Assembly: GCA_043822665.1 (NCBI GenBank)
Contig: JBDRBM010000042.1
Span: 3,453 to 67,452 of the forward strand
Reading direction: 5' to 3'
DNA length: 64,000 nucleotides
Origin: Candidatus Omnitrophota bacterium
Lineage (GTDB): Bacteria; Omnitrophota; Gorgyraeia; Gorgyraeales; Gorgyraeaceae
In this document: piece by piece, positions 9,817 to 20,327 of the stretch
Position numbering within the stretch: the stretch's first letter is position 1
How the letters are laid out: each line of letters begins with the position of its first letter
Notes under the pieces: generated by a model
The model's input: only the letters and a program-made list of their open reading frames with translations
Database searches by the model: none
Told to the model about the DNA's origin: nothing
Translations under genes and position numbers: made by a program

Positions 9817-9840
9817 TGCGCAAGAAGGGATTTAAATTTT

Positions 9841-11286
9841 ATGGAAAATGTCAATGAATATGTACTAGAGAGGCTCGATAAGTTAAATGCCCTTAAAGAG
9901 ATAGGTATCGATGTCTATGGCAGGCGGTTTAATAAAGCGGAAAATATAGAAGGCCTTGCCAAGGGTTTTAAGGAAGGCCTTGAGGTTGAGACTGCTGGCA
10001 GGATTACTGCCCTAAGAGAGCACGGCAAAAGCAGTTTTTTTGATTTAAGAGACGCAAGCGGCAAGATCCAGGTATATATAAAATCAAATTCTGTAGGCGA
10101 GGACATATATAATAATATATTTAGGAAATTAGATATTGGAGATATATTAGGCGTAAAAGGCAAGTTGTTTAAGACAAGGACAGACGAGGTAACCATAAAT
10201 GCGGAGGATATCACAGTATTAGCGAAAGGGCTCAGGCCATTGCCTGAAAAGTGGCATGGTCTCAAAGATGTTGAGATTAGATACCGCCAGAGATATGTAG
10301 ATTTAATAGTAAACGAAGACGTGCGCAAGGTTTTTCAGATGCGCAGTAAGATTATTTCGAAGATCAGGGGTTTTTTAGATGAAAAAGGATTTTTAGAAGT
10401 TGAAACGCCTATGATGCAAGCTCTCGCTGGCGGGGCGGCAGGAGAGCCGTTTAAGACGCACCATAAGGCTTTGGACATAGATTTATATCTGAGATTAGCC
10501 CCTGAACTTTATTTAAAAAGGCTCCTTGTGGGCGGTTTTGATAAGGTGTATGAGCTTAATAGAAATTTCAGGAACGAGGGGATCTCTATAAGGCATAATC
10601 CTGAGTTTACCATGGTCGAGATTTACGAGGCGTATTCTGACTGCGAAGGGATGATGCGGCTCACAGAAGAACTTTTTGCGCAAGTTGCGCAGGAAACCCT
10701 CGGAACTTTAAAGATTAAATTTAAAGACCAGGTTATCGATTTTACCGCGCCATGGCCGAGATGGTCGTTCGCAAAGGAGATCAAGGCCAGATTTGACATA
10801 AATCCGGATGATCCTGCCAAAGAATGGATTAGCAAGCTTAAGGAAAAAGGCGTGGATTTAAAAGTTAAAGATATTACAAGGTCTCAGATAGTGAATATTA
10901 TTTCAGAAATGCTTGAGCCAGAGACAAAGGATAAGCCTATATTTGTCGTGGATTTATTTGTCGAGCTCTGCCCTCTGGCAAAAAAGAAAAAGGAAAACCC
11001 GTTATTGACAGATAGATTCGAGCTTTTTATCGGAGGCATGGAAATCGCCAATGCTTATTCAGAGCTGAATGATCCTATCGAGCAGGGAAAGAGATTTAAA
11101 GAGCAGCTTGTAGGGCAGGAAGGCGTTAAAGAGATCGATGAGGATTTTGTGCGCGCGTTAGAATATGGCATGCCGCCAGCCGGAGGTTTAGGTATCGGGA
11201 TAGACAGGCTTGTGATGTTAATGACTGATCAGCCTTCGATAAGAGATGTAATATTATTTCCGCAGCTTAAACCAGAGGCAAAATAA
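9841..11286 (+). CDS. lysS: lysine--tRNA ligase (class II)
   Basis: The class II core FRNEGISIRHNPEFTMVEIYEAY is present, with motif 3 GMPPAGGLGIGIDRLVML and an OB-fold N-domain. ATG 9841 gives MENVNEYVLERL. The ORF-track start at 9748 lies inside the terminator/promoter region. Confidence 0.93.
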   Translation: MENVNEYVLERLDKLNALKEIGIDVYGRRFNKAENIEGLAKGFKEGLEVETAGRITALREHGKSSFFDLRDASGKIQVYIKSNSVGEDIYNNIFRKLDIGDILGVKGKLFKTRTDEVTINAEDITVLAKGLRPLPEKWHGLKDVEIRYRQRYVDLIVNEDVRKVFQMRSKIISKIRGFLDEKGFLEVETPMMQALAGGAAGEPFKTHHKALDIDLYLRLAPELYLKRLLVGGFDKVYELNRNFRNEGISIRHNPEFTMVEIYEAYSDCEGMMRLTEELFAQVAQETLGTLKIKFKDQVIDFTAPWPRWSFAKEIKARFDINPDDPAKEWISKLKEKGVDLKVKDITRSQIVNIISEMLEPETKDKPIFVVDLFVELCPLAKKKKENPLLTDRFELFIGGMEIANAYSELNDPIEQGKRFKEQLVGQEGVKEIDEDFVRALEYGMPPAGGLGIGIDRLVMLMTDQPSIRDVILFPQLKPEAK

Positions 11287-11313
11287 TTTAGCCTTCAGCA
11301 GCTGATAGCTTAA

Positions 11314-12495
11314 ATGAGATACGAATTGTGGATTAGTTTTAGGTATTTAGTTTCAAAACGCAGGGAAAAGTTCATTTCCATCATAAGCCTTATTTCCATA
11401 ATGGGCGTGGCAGTTGGCGTAGCTGCTCTTATAGTGGTCCTGGCTGTTATGAGCGGATTTGACAATGACCTGCGGGATAAGATCGTAGGCACGAATTCTC
11501 ACATAGTGATTGAGCAATACGGAGGCATTAAGGATTATAACAGCCTGATAAAACAGTTGGAAGATATACCGGATGTGGAAGCAAGTTCACCTTTTGTAAG
11601 CGGCCAGGCATTGATCAGAGAAGATAAAGAGGTCATTGGAGTCATATTCCGCGGCATAGACCCTGATAGAGAAACAAAGGTTACCAGGATAGGTGAATAT
11701 TTACAGGAAGGCACGCTTTCCCTTGGAAAAGACGATGTATTGATAGGCGCCGAATTAGCATTGCGATTAAATTTCGAAGTAGGGGATGTAGTGTTTTTGA
11801 TTTCAGCCGAAAGTCCGAAGCCAAAGGAGTTCAAGGTAGCGGGCATATTTAAATCAGGTATGTTTGACTATGACATGAACCTTGTCTTTACAAGCATTAA
11901 AGGCGCGCAGGAGTTTTATGGTGCCGGAGACGCGGCAGGGGGCATAGGTATAAGAGTTACCGATGCTTATAAAGCAGACCGGATAAAAAATAACATACAG
12001 GAAAAAATAGGATTTGATTATTTAGTCAGAAGCTGGTCAGACTTAAACAAAAATTTATTCAGCGCGCTGAAATTGGAAAAGATAACCATGTTTATAATAC
12101 TTACGTTAATAGTACTGGTGGCGTGTTTTAATATAGTCTCAACGCTCATAATGATGGTAATGGAAAAGACAAAGGACATAGGCATCTTAAAGTCAGTTGG
12201 AGCCACAAATTCGAGCGTAAAAAATATATTTATGCTGAACGGTTTCCTGATAGGTTTTTTAGGCACGGCTCTTGGCGCGGCATGCGGTTTTATTTTGTGT
12301 TATTTACTCAAGACATATCAATTCGTAAAGCTGCCGCGGGATATTTATTATATAGATAGACTGCCAGTAAACCTTAATATTACAGACGCGATGACTGTAG
12401 CTGCGGCCGCGGTAGTAATTACCTTAATTTCTACTGTTTATCCTGCGTGGCAGGCAGCGAGGCTTGAGCCTGTGGACGCGCTTAGGTACGAATAA
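11314..12495 (+). CDS. lolC: lipoprotein-releasing ABC transporter permease, LolC/LolE family
   Basis: The N-terminus YELWISFRYLVSKRREKFISIISLISIMGVAVGVAAL.VVLAVMSGFDNDLRDKI is typical of LolC/E. It has an FtsX-type C-terminal TM bundle, and lolD follows. Confidence 0.8.
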   Translation: MRYELWISFRYLVSKRREKFISIISLISIMGVAVGVAALIVVLAVMSGFDNDLRDKIVGTNSHIVIEQYGGIKDYNSLIKQLEDIPDVEASSPFVSGQALIREDKEVIGVIFRGIDPDRETKVTRIGEYLQEGTLSLGKDDVLIGAELALRLNFEVGDVVFLISAESPKPKEFKVAGIFKSGMFDYDMNLVFTSIKGAQEFYGAGDAAGGIGIRVTDAYKADRIKNNIQEKIGFDYLVRSWSDLNKNLFSALKLEKITMFIILTLIVLVACFNIVSTLIMMVMEKTKDIGILKSVGATNSSVKNIFMLNGFLIGFLGTALGAACGFILCYLLKTYQFVKLPRDIYYIDRLPVNLNITDAMTVAAAAVVITLISTVYPAWQAARLEPVDALRYE

Positions 12496-12514
12496 CACAC
12501 TATGCACCAATATT

Positions 12515-13216
12515 ATGCTGCGAGCTGAAAAGATACATAAAACATACAGAGACGGCAAGAGAGATTTAGATGTTCTGCGCGGTATAGATTTAGAGATTGA
12601 AAAAGGCGAAACGATCGCGGTAGTGGGGCCGTCAGGCGCCGGGAAATCCACGCTTTTACATATAATGGGCGGCCTGGACAAGCCGACTAGAGGCAGGATT
12701 TTATTAGATGATGTAGATTTATATAGATTGCCTGATAAGAAAAAGGCATGGGTCAGGAATAGTAAGATTGGTTTTGTATTTCAGTTCTATCATTTACTGC
12801 CGGAATTCACGGCAATAGAGAATGTGCTGCTTCCAGCGCTGATTTGGGCTCAAGGTTTCTCTCGATGGAATTTACCTGAGACAAGGCCGAAGGGTTTAAG
12901 GCAGGCAAAGGATAACGCTGAGAATTTATTGAAAGGATTCAGCCTTGGAGAAAGATTAAGGCATAGGCCTGGAGAACTTTCAGGAGGTGAACAGCAGAGA
13001 GTGGCTATAGCGCGGGCCCTTATCAACAATCCTGAGCTATTGTTATGCGATGAACCCACAGGCAATCTGGACTCCAGTATGGGAGAAGAGATCCTTGATA
13101 TTTTATTTGCCCTTAATAAAAATAATAATATGACAGTTGTAATTGTGACACATGATAAGGAAATCGCGAAAAGGTCCAAAAGGGTCATAGAGATAAAAGA
13201 CGGTAGATTAGTGTAA
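12515..13216 (+). CDS. lolD: lipoprotein-releasing ABC transporter ATP-binding protein
   Basis: Walker [10 protein letters not shown], signature [15 protein letters not shown] and Walker [16 protein letters not shown] 12515 gives [11 protein letters not shown]. Confidence 0.85.
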   Translation: MLRAEKIHKTYRDGKRDLDVLRGIDLEIEKGETIAVVGPSGAGKSTLLHIMGGLDKPTRGRILLDDVDLYRLPDKKKAWVRNSKIGFVFQFYHLLPEFTAIENVLLPALIWAQGFSRWNLPETRPKGLRQAKDNAENLLKGFSLGERLRHRPGELSGGEQQRVAIARALINNPELLLCDEPTGNLDSSMGEEILDILFALNKNNNMTVVIVTHDKEIAKRSKRVIEIKDGRLV

Positions 13217-13332
13217 TGCGTGAAATTTCAAAATTCCGCGCAAGTGAATGAGCTTGAGAATGGCATGGGCGCGGATAATATTGTAACAAATAAGCGGGGC
13301 ATATTTTAGTATGCCAACTTGGAGGCGAAAAT

Positions 13333-14205
13333 ATGGGATCAAAAGTGTATATAAACGGCGAGTATTTTGACAAACAAGATGCAAAGATTTCCGTTTTTGA
13401 TCATGGACTTCTTTATGGGGATGGCGTCTTCGAGGGAATCCGCTCCTATGGCAGGCTTGTTTTTAAGCTAACTCAGCATATCGACAGGCTCTACGAATCT
13501 GCTCATGCGATTATGCTTAATATTGACAAGTCCAAGAAGGAGATGGAAAGGGCTGTTGTGGATACGCTGAAGCTAAACAAACTTGACGATGCCTACATCA
13601 GGCTGGTTGTAACAAGAGGCATTGGCGATCTCGGGCTTGACCCCAGAAAATGCAAGGATGCCTCGATCATAATAATTACTGACAAGATCCAGCTTTATCC
13701 TGAGAAATTGTACAAAGAGGGATTGAGCCTTATTACAGTGCCGACTCCAAGGAATATACCTGAGGCATTGAACCCTCAGATAAAGTCTTTAAATTACCTG
13801 AACAATATCCTTGCAAAGATAGAGGCCATTAATAGCGGTTATGAGGAAGCATTGATGTTTACCGCGTCAGGTTATCTGGCAGAATGCACTGGCGATAACA
13901 TTTTTATCGTGAAAGGGAATTCTCTTTTGACACCTCCCGCATATCTGGGGATCTTAAAAGGGATCACGCGGGCTAGCGCAATGGAAATCGGCAAAAAATT
14001 AGGCCTTGATGTACGGGAAGAGGTCCTTACGCGCCACAACCTTTTTACAGCTGACGAATGTTTTCTAACAGGCACAGCAGCAGAAATTGTGCCTGTTGTG
14101 GCCATAGAAAAAAGGATTGTAGGAAACGGAAAACCTGGTAAAATTACCCTTAAACTCATGAAAGAGTTTAGGAGATTGACAAAGACAGAAGGAGTGAGAT
14201 ATTAA
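13333..14205 (+). CDS. ilvE: branched-chain amino acid aminotransferase (fold-type IV PLP enzyme)
   Basis: The protein is 290 aa with DHGLLYGDGVFEGIR near the N-terminus and ECTGDNIFIVK later. I cannot fully exclude a D-amino-acid aminotransferase. Confidence 0.75.
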   Translation: MGSKVYINGEYFDKQDAKISVFDHGLLYGDGVFEGIRSYGRLVFKLTQHIDRLYESAHAIMLNIDKSKKEMERAVVDTLKLNKLDDAYIRLVVTRGIGDLGLDPRKCKDASIIIITDKIQLYPEKLYKEGLSLITVPTPRNIPEALNPQIKSLNYLNNILAKIEAINSGYEEALMFTASGYLAECTGDNIFIVKGNSLLTPPAYLGILKGITRASAMEIGKKLGLDVREEVLTRHNLFTADECFLTGTAAEIVPVVAIEKRIVGNGKPGKITLKLMKEFRRLTKTEGVRY

Positions 14206-14234
14206 GCTGATAGCTGACACAGGAGGGTTCCAAT

Positions 14235-14756
14235 ATGTTATGTGATATTTGCGGGAAGACCCAGGCCACAGTTCATCTTACAGAGATCGTGGATGAAAAA
14301 ATGACAGAACTGCATCTATGCGAGGAATGCGCTGAAAAAAAAGGCGCCCAGATGGAAAGTCATTTTAGCCTGGCTGATTTACTGGCAGGCCTGGCTGACC
14401 TGGGGGGCCAGTTTACTACCACAAAAAAAGAATCGAAGATCAAATGTTCGCGCTGCGGCCTGACTTACGAAGATTTTAAAAAAGTAGGGCGCCTTGGCTG
14501 TGGAGAGTGCTACACCGCGTTTAAAGAGGCCTTATTGCCTTTACTGAAAAGGATACACGGCTCTACGCAGCATTATGGCAAATCTCCGAAGAAACTTTCA
14601 AAGCCTCCAAAGGTGTCAAAGGTTGTAAAGGATCAGAAGGACGAAATGCAGGACTTAAAGGATAAGCTTCAAAAAGCAATACAACTGGAGGAGTTTGAAG
14701 AAGCCGCGAAACTGCGTGATACAATAAAAGAGATAGAGAAAAAAAATAAAAAATAA
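14235..14756 (+). CDS. mcsA: McsA-like protein (zinc-finger pairs plus UVR motif), activator of the arginine kinase
   Basis: Two CxxC..CxxC pairs are present (CDICGK..CEEC; CSRCGL..CGEC), with a C-terminal UVR helix LEEFEEAAKLRDTIKEIE. It sits directly upstream of mcsB-clpC. Confidence 0.75.
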   Translation: MLCDICGKTQATVHLTEIVDEKMTELHLCEECAEKKGAQMESHFSLADLLAGLADLGGQFTTTKKESKIKCSRCGLTYEDFKKVGRLGCGECYTAFKEALLPLLKRIHGSTQHYGKSPKKLSKPPKVSKVVKDQKDEMQDLKDKLQKAIQLEEFEEAAKLRDTIKEIEKKNKK

Positions 14757-14784
14757 AATTAGAAATTAAAAGGGGATCTACATT

Positions 14785-15834
14785 ATGAACCTAGATGATT
14801 TATTAAATGACAAAGGTGAGTGGTTGAGGTCGACAGGGCCAAACTCTGATATAGTGATGTCTTCGCGAATAAGGCTCGCAAGAAACCTTTCAAAATATCC
14901 TTTTTCTCATTGGGTAAGCAAGAAAGAACAGGAGGATATCCTGGCGATTGTTAAAGAGGCGGCAAGGACCTCTAAAAAAATGAAAAATGCTTTATGCCTC
15001 GACATAGGAAAACTAGATTCCATAGACAAACAATTTCTGGTGGAAAGACACTTGATGAGCAAGGAACATTCCATGGATTCGGAGAGCAAAGGCCTGTGCA
15101 TAAGCGATAAGGAAGTCGCGAGTATAATGATAAACGAGGAAGACCATCTGAGGATGCAGGTAATGAAATCCGGTTTTGACCTTAGGGACGCATGGTGCAT
15201 AATAAACGCCATGGATGATGAGATTAGCAGTTTTCTTTTGTATGCCTATTCAGAGGATTTTGGTTATCTTACAGCATGTCCTACAAATGCCGGTACAGGC
15301 ATGAGGGCGTCTGTAATGCTGCATCTGCCGTCTCTTGTCATGACTAAGCAGATAGGTAAAGTCCTGCAGGCCATTACAAAACTCAGCCTTACTGCCAGGG
15401 GGCTTTACGGAGAGGGCACAGAGGCCAGCGGAAACTTCTTCCAGATATCTAACCAGGTTTCCTTGGGGCACAAGGAAGTGGATATCATTGATAACATAGA
15501 GAGAATAATCAAACAGATTATAGGCCATGAGCAAAGCGCAAGGGAGGTCCTTCTTTCGCAGAACAGGGCAATCCTTGAAGACAGGATCTGGCGCGCATAC
15601 GGAACACTCAAGAGCGCGCATATTATTACGAGCGGCGAGACCATTGACTTACTTTCTCTTGTAAGGCTCGGCGTTGATTTAAATTTGATCAAATCAGTAG
15701 ACCGCGCGCTCATAAATGAATTATTTATTATTATACAACCCGCTCATCTTCAGAAGATAGAGAAGAAAAAACTGAATCCGAACGAAAGGGATGTAAAAAG
15801 AGCCGAGATCATTAGAAAGAGATTAGATAGATAA
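14785..15834 (+). CDS. mcsB: protein arginine kinase (ATP:guanido phosphotransferase)
   Basis: The phosphagen-kinase active-site region CPTNAGTGMRASVMLHLP is present, along with EEDHLRMQV. Confidence 0.88.
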   Translation: MNLDDLLNDKGEWLRSTGPNSDIVMSSRIRLARNLSKYPFSHWVSKKEQEDILAIVKEAARTSKKMKNALCLDIGKLDSIDKQFLVERHLMSKEHSMDSESKGLCISDKEVASIMINEEDHLRMQVMKSGFDLRDAWCIINAMDDEISSFLLYAYSEDFGYLTACPTNAGTGMRASVMLHLPSLVMTKQIGKVLQAITKLSLTARGLYGEGTEASGNFFQISNQVSLGHKEVDIIDNIERIIKQIIGHEQSAREVLLSQNRAILEDRIWRAYGTLKSAHIITSGETIDLLSLVRLGVDLNLIKSVDRALINELFIIIQPAHLQKIEKKKLNPNERDVKRAEIIRKRLDR

Positions 15835-15882
15835 GAAAAGATTACGAGCTGGAATTAAAACTTTATCATACAGGAGGTTATC

Positions 15883-18333
15883 ATGTTTAATCGTTTTACG
15901 GAACGCGCAAGGAAAGTGATTTTGCTGGCAAAAGAAGAGGCAAAGAGATTTAATCACGATTATATCGGCACAGAGCATATATTGCTGGGCCTTATACGAG
16001 AAGGCGAAGGAGTGGCGGCAGTAGTGCTGCAGAAAATAGGGCTGAGCCTTCAACAGATCAGGCTGGAGATAGAGAAGATTGTAAAGCCAGGCCCAAGCAC
16101 AGTCGTATCAGGCGATATACCCTTTACCCCAAAGGCCAAAAAGGCAATAGAGCTTTCCGGAGAAGAGGCCAGGGCCCTGGGCCATAATTATATCGGCACA
16201 GAGCATATATTACTCGGCCTTATTAAAGAGGGCGAAGGAATGGCGTCTCAAGTGTTATTGAATTTAGGCCTTGACCTGGATAAGGTCAGAAGAGAGATAG
16301 CGGAGCTTTTAGGTTCCGCTACCCCTGGTTTTATGGGAGGGACTTCGCCTCAATCAGGAGCAGGGTATGGTCCTGGCGCTAAAGCGAGTTCAAAGACTCC
16401 GGCCCTTGACGCATTTGGCAGAAACCTTACACAGCTGGCACGGGAGAATAAACTAGATCCTGTAATAGGAAGACAGAATGAGATAGAACGTGTCATACAG
16501 ATACTTTCCAGGCGCACAAAAAATAACCCTGTTTTACTTGGAGAAGCAGGCGTGGGAAAGACAGCTATAGTGGAAGGGCTGGCCCAGAAGATAGTAAACG
16601 GCGATATACCTGAAATACTAAAAGGTAAAAAGGTTATTATATTGGACCTTGCGCTCATGGTAGCTGGCACAAAATACAGAGGCCAGTTTGAGGAGAGAAT
16701 AAAGGCTATCATGGATGAGATAAAGAGATCCGAAAATATTATCATGTTTATAGATGAACTGCATACGCTTGTGGGGGCAGGCGGCGCAGAAGGCGCCATA
16801 GATGCCTCAAATATCTTGAAACCAGCGCTTTCAAGAGGGGAGATACAGTGCATAGGCGCGACTACTTTTGATGAATATAGAAAATATATCGAGAAAGACG
16901 CCGCGCTTGAAAGGCGTTTTCAGACGATAATGGTGGACCCACCGACAGTTAAGGAAACAATAGAGATACTAAAGGGCTTAAGAGACAGGTATGAGGCGCA
17001 TCATAAAGTTGAGATTACGGATGATGCCTTGGAGGCAGCGAGTAAGCTGTCTGACAGGTACATAGCCGGCAGGTTTCTGCCTGATAAGGCCATTGACCTG
17101 ATGGATGAGGCAGGGGCAAAGGCAAGGCTTTCGGTGATGACTGCCCCTCAGGAAATAAAAGATGTAGAGGACCAGACAGAGAATATACGCAAGGAGAAAG
17201 ACGCCGCCATAAAGAATCAGGACTTTGAAAAGGCAGCCCATCTTAGAGACGAAGAAAAAGAGGCCCGCAAAAAACTGGAAAAGATAAGGCAGGAATGGAA
17301 GAAGTCCAGAATGGAGGCCAGGCCAAAGGTTGACGAGGAGCTTATATCCAATATTGTTTCAAAATGGACGGGTATTCCCATTGTCAGGCTGGAGGAAAAG
17401 GAATCCGCAAGGCTTCTTAAGATGGAAGAAGAGCTACACGTGAGGATTGTAGGGCAGGATGAGGCAATAACTGTCATTGCCAAGGCTGTCAGGCGTTCAC
17501 GCGCCGGCATAAAGAATCCCAAAAGGCCTATAGGTTCGTTTATATTTCTTGGCCCTACAGGGGTGGGAAAGACACATCTTGGCCGTGTACTTGCGGAATT
17601 TATGTTTGGCGATGATAATGCTCTTATACAACTGGACATGTCAGAGTATATGGAGAAGTTTAATGTATCGCGTCTTGTAGGAGCTCCGCCTGGATATGTG
17701 GGATATGAAGAAGGCGGACAGCTTACTGAGAAAGTCAGGCGCAGGCCATATGCTGTAGTGCTGTTGGATGAAATAGAAAAGGCGCATCCTGATGTATTCA
17801 ATATATTGCTGCAGGTATTGGAGGATGGACGGCTTACAGACAGCCTTGGGAGAAAGGTTGATTTCAGGAACACTGTTCTTATAATGACCTCAAATGTCGG
17901 AGCGGATATCTTCAGAAAACAGGGGTCCATAGGCTTTAAGTCGGAAAAAAAAGAGATTACTTATAAAGATACAAAAGAGAGGCTTCTTGAACAGGTAAAA
18001 AAGACATTTAAGCCAGAGTTTCTGAACAGGATAGACGATATCATAGTCTTTCACGGCCTTACAAAGGAGCACCTATACACTATCGTAGACATAGAACTTA
18101 ACGAAGTAAAAGACAGGCTAAAGGAACAGAATATATCCATAGAAATAGACAGAAAGGCAAAGGATCTTCTGATAGAAAAAGGTTTTGATCCTATGTTCGG
18201 GGCAAGGCCTTTAAAGCGGACCATACAGAGGCTTCTGGAAGACCCCTTGGCAGAAGAAATAATCTCGAATAATTTTGACAGGGAAAAGACTATCAAGGTA
18301 ACTGAGAAAAACGGCAAACTTGTGTTTATATAA
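15883..18333 (+). CDS. clpC: ATP-dependent Clp protease ATP-binding subunit ClpC
   Basis: It has a duplicated Clp-N repeat ([12 protein letters not shown] twice), two AAA+ modules (GEAGVGKTA; GPTGVGKTH) and a UVR linker [11 protein letters not shown]. Confidence 0.93.
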   Translation: MFNRFTERARKVILLAKEEAKRFNHDYIGTEHILLGLIREGEGVAAVVLQKIGLSLQQIRLEIEKIVKPGPSTVVSGDIPFTPKAKKAIELSGEEARALGHNYIGTEHILLGLIKEGEGMASQVLLNLGLDLDKVRREIAELLGSATPGFMGGTSPQSGAGYGPGAKASSKTPALDAFGRNLTQLARENKLDPVIGRQNEIERVIQILSRRTKNNPVLLGEAGVGKTAIVEGLAQKIVNGDIPEILKGKKVIILDLALMVAGTKYRGQFEERIKAIMDEIKRSENIIMFIDELHTLVGAGGAEGAIDASNILKPALSRGEIQCIGATTFDEYRKYIEKDAALERRFQTIMVDPPTVKETIEILKGLRDRYEAHHKVEITDDALEAASKLSDRYIAGRFLPDKAIDLMDEAGAKARLSVMTAPQEIKDVEDQTENIRKEKDAAIKNQDFEKAAHLRDEEKEARKKLEKIRQEWKKSRMEARPKVDEELISNIVSKWTGIPIVRLEEKESARLLKMEEELHVRIVGQDEAITVIAKAVRRSRAGIKNPKRPIGSFIFLGPTGVGKTHLGRVLAEFMFGDDNALIQLDMSEYMEKFNVSRLVGAPPGYVGYEEGGQLTEKVRRRPYAVVLLDEIEKAHPDVFNILLQVLEDGRLTDSLGRKVDFRNTVLIMTSNVGADIFRKQGSIGFKSEKKEITYKDTKERLLEQVKKTFKPEFLNRIDDIIVFHGLTKEHLYTIVDIELNEVKDRLKEQNISIEIDRKAKDLLIEKGFDPMFGARPLKRTIQRLLEDPLAEEIISNNFDREKTIKVTEKNGKLVFI

Positions 18334-19436
18334 TGCGTCATTTAATCTTAAGGCGCAGGGCGAGAGTAATCCTGCTCGTAATTTTATTGGCCGTTATAAC
18401 CGCGTCGGTAATACCTTGGGCATACTATAAATTTTTTATAGACAGGGAAGGGCTGTTTGACCTGGGACCTGCCTTATACAGTTTTAAAATGCCGGAGTTC
18501 TTTAGAGAGAATGAAATTGACAGGGCTGTGTCCATAGACATCAATTTTTTAAACAACGGCTACATGTCCTCTGAATTACACATTGAAGGCCTGAATTTGA
18601 AAGGTCCTGTTATTTCAGGCAATGTTTTTGTAAAAGGCAGGTTTATTAAAGATAACTCCGGAAAGACAGAGACATTTTCCGGAAAATTATTTTCAGATGA
18701 TATAAGCATTAATTCAAAGCCTTTTATGCCGGTGAAGGCGTCTTTTGATATGAACGGCGCCGCTATAGAGATAAAGTCTCTACGGTTCGGCAGGGCTTAT
18801 GAGATAAAAGGAAGGATAGGACTTGAGGCCCCTTTTGAGACTGATCTGCGGCTTGATGTTAAAAGGGCGGATATAAGGGATCTTGCCCGGATAGCGAGGC
18901 CCAGAAAATCAGACATTGCCCTTGGAATGATGAACGGCGTTTTTTATTTTAAGGGTAAGTTATCGAATCTTTACTCAAATGGTATCCTTGAGAGCAGAAA
19001 CGGAAGGGTCGGAAGAGTTGAATACGACGTAGCCACTATCAGGATAGAAGGGTTTGGACCGATAATAAATATAGTGGATTCAAGGGCAAGATGGGGTAAG
19101 AGCCTTTTGACAATAGAAGGATACATTGACTTGAGGAATATCGAGAAAGGGACCCTGTTTGACGGCCTGCGCGTTAAATCTGATATGAAAACAATAGTGT
19201 GGGATGGATGGGATATAGACCAGAAGAATAAGGATGAATTGAGTATGAGTAAGGACATAAGCGATAAGATGCGCGTGGGATTCAAGGCATTTACTAAAGA
19301 ACCGCTTACTCATTACAGGGATAGAGAAAATCCTGATGAGATGAATCTGGAGTATAAGATGGGGCAGGAGCATCTGAAGATGAAGATCAAGGAGAATGAG
19401 GAATTTTTCGGCATAGAGCATAGCGTGAAATTTTAG
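18333..19436 (+). CDS. hypothetical membrane-anchored protein (367 aa), function unknown
   Basis: An N-terminal signal-anchor RRRARVILLVILLAVITASVI is followed by a beta-rich repetitive body. Its ATG overlaps the clpC stop (TAATG). It lies directly upstream of mlaE. Confidence 0.5.
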   Translation: MRHLILRRRARVILLVILLAVITASVIPWAYYKFFIDREGLFDLGPALYSFKMPEFFRENEIDRAVSIDINFLNNGYMSSELHIEGLNLKGPVISGNVFVKGRFIKDNSGKTETFSGKLFSDDISINSKPFMPVKASFDMNGAAIEIKSLRFGRAYEIKGRIGLEAPFETDLRLDVKRADIRDLARIARPRKSDIALGMMNGVFYFKGKLSNLYSNGILESRNGRVGRVEYDVATIRIEGFGPIINIVDSRARWGKSLLTIEGYIDLRNIEKGTLFDGLRVKSDMKTIVWDGWDIDQKNKDELSMSKDISDKMRVGFKAFTKEPLTHYRDRENPDEMNLEYKMGQEHLKMKIKENEEFFGIEHSVKF

Positions 19437-19458
19437 TGAGCCTTTATTTGAGGAAAAT

Positions 19459-20241
19459 ATGAAATTGTTCATAAAGGGCTTAGGCGAGAAGACACTGAAT
19501 TTTTTTATTTACATAGGTGGTGTATTTCACCTTTTTATAAGCGCGTTATTTCATCTCTTTGCCCCCCCTTTACGCAAAAAAGAGATATTTACCCAGATGT
19601 ACAAAGTGGGGGTGTTGAGTTTTCCTATCGTATTTTTGGTCGCGTTTTTTACAGGCATTGTCCTGGCCCTTCAGAGCGCGTATCAACTGACAAAAATGAA
19701 CGCGCAGATTTATATATCGAGCCTTGTCGCGCTTTCCATGGTAAGAGAACTGGGCCCCGTGCTGACAGCGCTTGTAATAGCAGGCAGGGTTGGGGCAAGC
19801 ATTACGGCTGAGCTTGGCACGATGAAGGTAACCGAGCAGATAGACGCGCTGGAGACGCTGGCGGCGAATCCTGTTAAATATCTTGTAGTCCCTAGGCTTA
19901 TGGCGCTCTGTATAATGTTGCCCATATTGACAGTTTATGCTGACTTTTTTGGGATAATCGGAGGTTATTTAATAGGCGTTTATAAGCTGCTCATAGGCCA
20001 TACAATATATGTAAAGATGACATTCGATCCATTAGTATTCAAGGATCTATTCACAGGCCTTTTAAAGTCGTTTGTTTTCGCGATTATTATTTGCATTGTT
20101 TCCTGTTATGAGGGGTTCAGGACAGAAGGCGGAGCGGAAGGGGTTGGTAAGGCCACGACACTTTCTGTTGTGATATCTTTTATAATGATAATAGTGGCAG
20201 ACTGCCTGTTTACGGTTTTGTTTTATTTTGTGTTTCCATAA
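19459..20241 (+). CDS. mlaE: MlaE-family ABC transporter permease
   Basis: The 260-aa polytopic protein carries the conserved stretch RELGPVLTALVIAGRVGASITAELGTMKVTEQIDALE, typical of MlaE/Ttg2B. Confidence 0.85.
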   Translation: MKLFIKGLGEKTLNFFIYIGGVFHLFISALFHLFAPPLRKKEIFTQMYKVGVLSFPIVFLVAFFTGIVLALQSAYQLTKMNAQIYISSLVALSMVRELGPVLTALVIAGRVGASITAELGTMKVTEQIDALETLAANPVKYLVVPRLMALCIMLPILTVYADFFGIIGGYLIGVYKLLIGHTIYVKMTFDPLVFKDLFTGLLKSFVFAIIICIVSCYEGFRTEGGAEGVGKATTLSVVISFIMIIVADCLFTVLFYFVFP

Positions 20242-20244
20242 ATA

Positions 20245-20324
20245 CAGCTATAAGCTTTAAGCTATAAGAGAAAAAGATCCCTGATTCTTACAGCTTATAG
20301 CTTATAGCTTACAGCTTATAGCTG
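20245..20324. repeat. long inverted repeat built of CTTAYAG heptamers between mlaE and mlaF
   Basis: The left arm 20245-20268 (CAGCTATAAGCTTTAAGCTATAAG) is the reverse complement of the right arm 20301-20324 at 23 of 24 positions. Five tandem CTTAYAG units occupy 20287-20321. Confidence 0.85.
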
Positions 20325-20327
20325 ATT

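Noticed and set aside
9748-9840. N-terminal extension of lysS (MRVCFALFFRIVFIDTISYIRYNCARRDLNF).
   Set aside because: It is translated from the terminator tail and the TTGACA-17-TATAAT promoter itself. LysRS homology starts at ATG 9841.
14206-14234. CtsR operator upstream of mcsA, a preQ1 riboswitch upstream of queC (55364-55389), and TPP or T-box leaders upstream of thiL and the aminoacyl-tRNA synthetase genes.
   Set aside because: The spacers are only about 20-30 nt. They contain no tandem GGTCAAA heptads and none of the conserved riboswitch or T-box cores, so nothing supports such elements.
17217-17930. Long minus-strand ORFs antisense to clpC (237 aa). Similar shadows lie at 1042-1515, 16350-16853, 33194-33793, 40971-41483, 45373-45909, 51908-52378 and 63555-63980.
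   Set aside because: All lie fully inside strongly supported plus-strand genes. Their Ser/Leu/Pro-rich low-complexity translations are typical of the antisense frame of Lys/Glu-rich genes, and none has a ribosome-binding site or a recognisable motif.
20245-20324. Heptamer arrays and other short tandem repeats as a possible CRISPR array.
   Set aside because: The units are 7 nt with no spacers, and the arms are inverted rather than direct. No repeat-spacer periodicity of 25-40 nt and no cas genes occur anywhere in the window.
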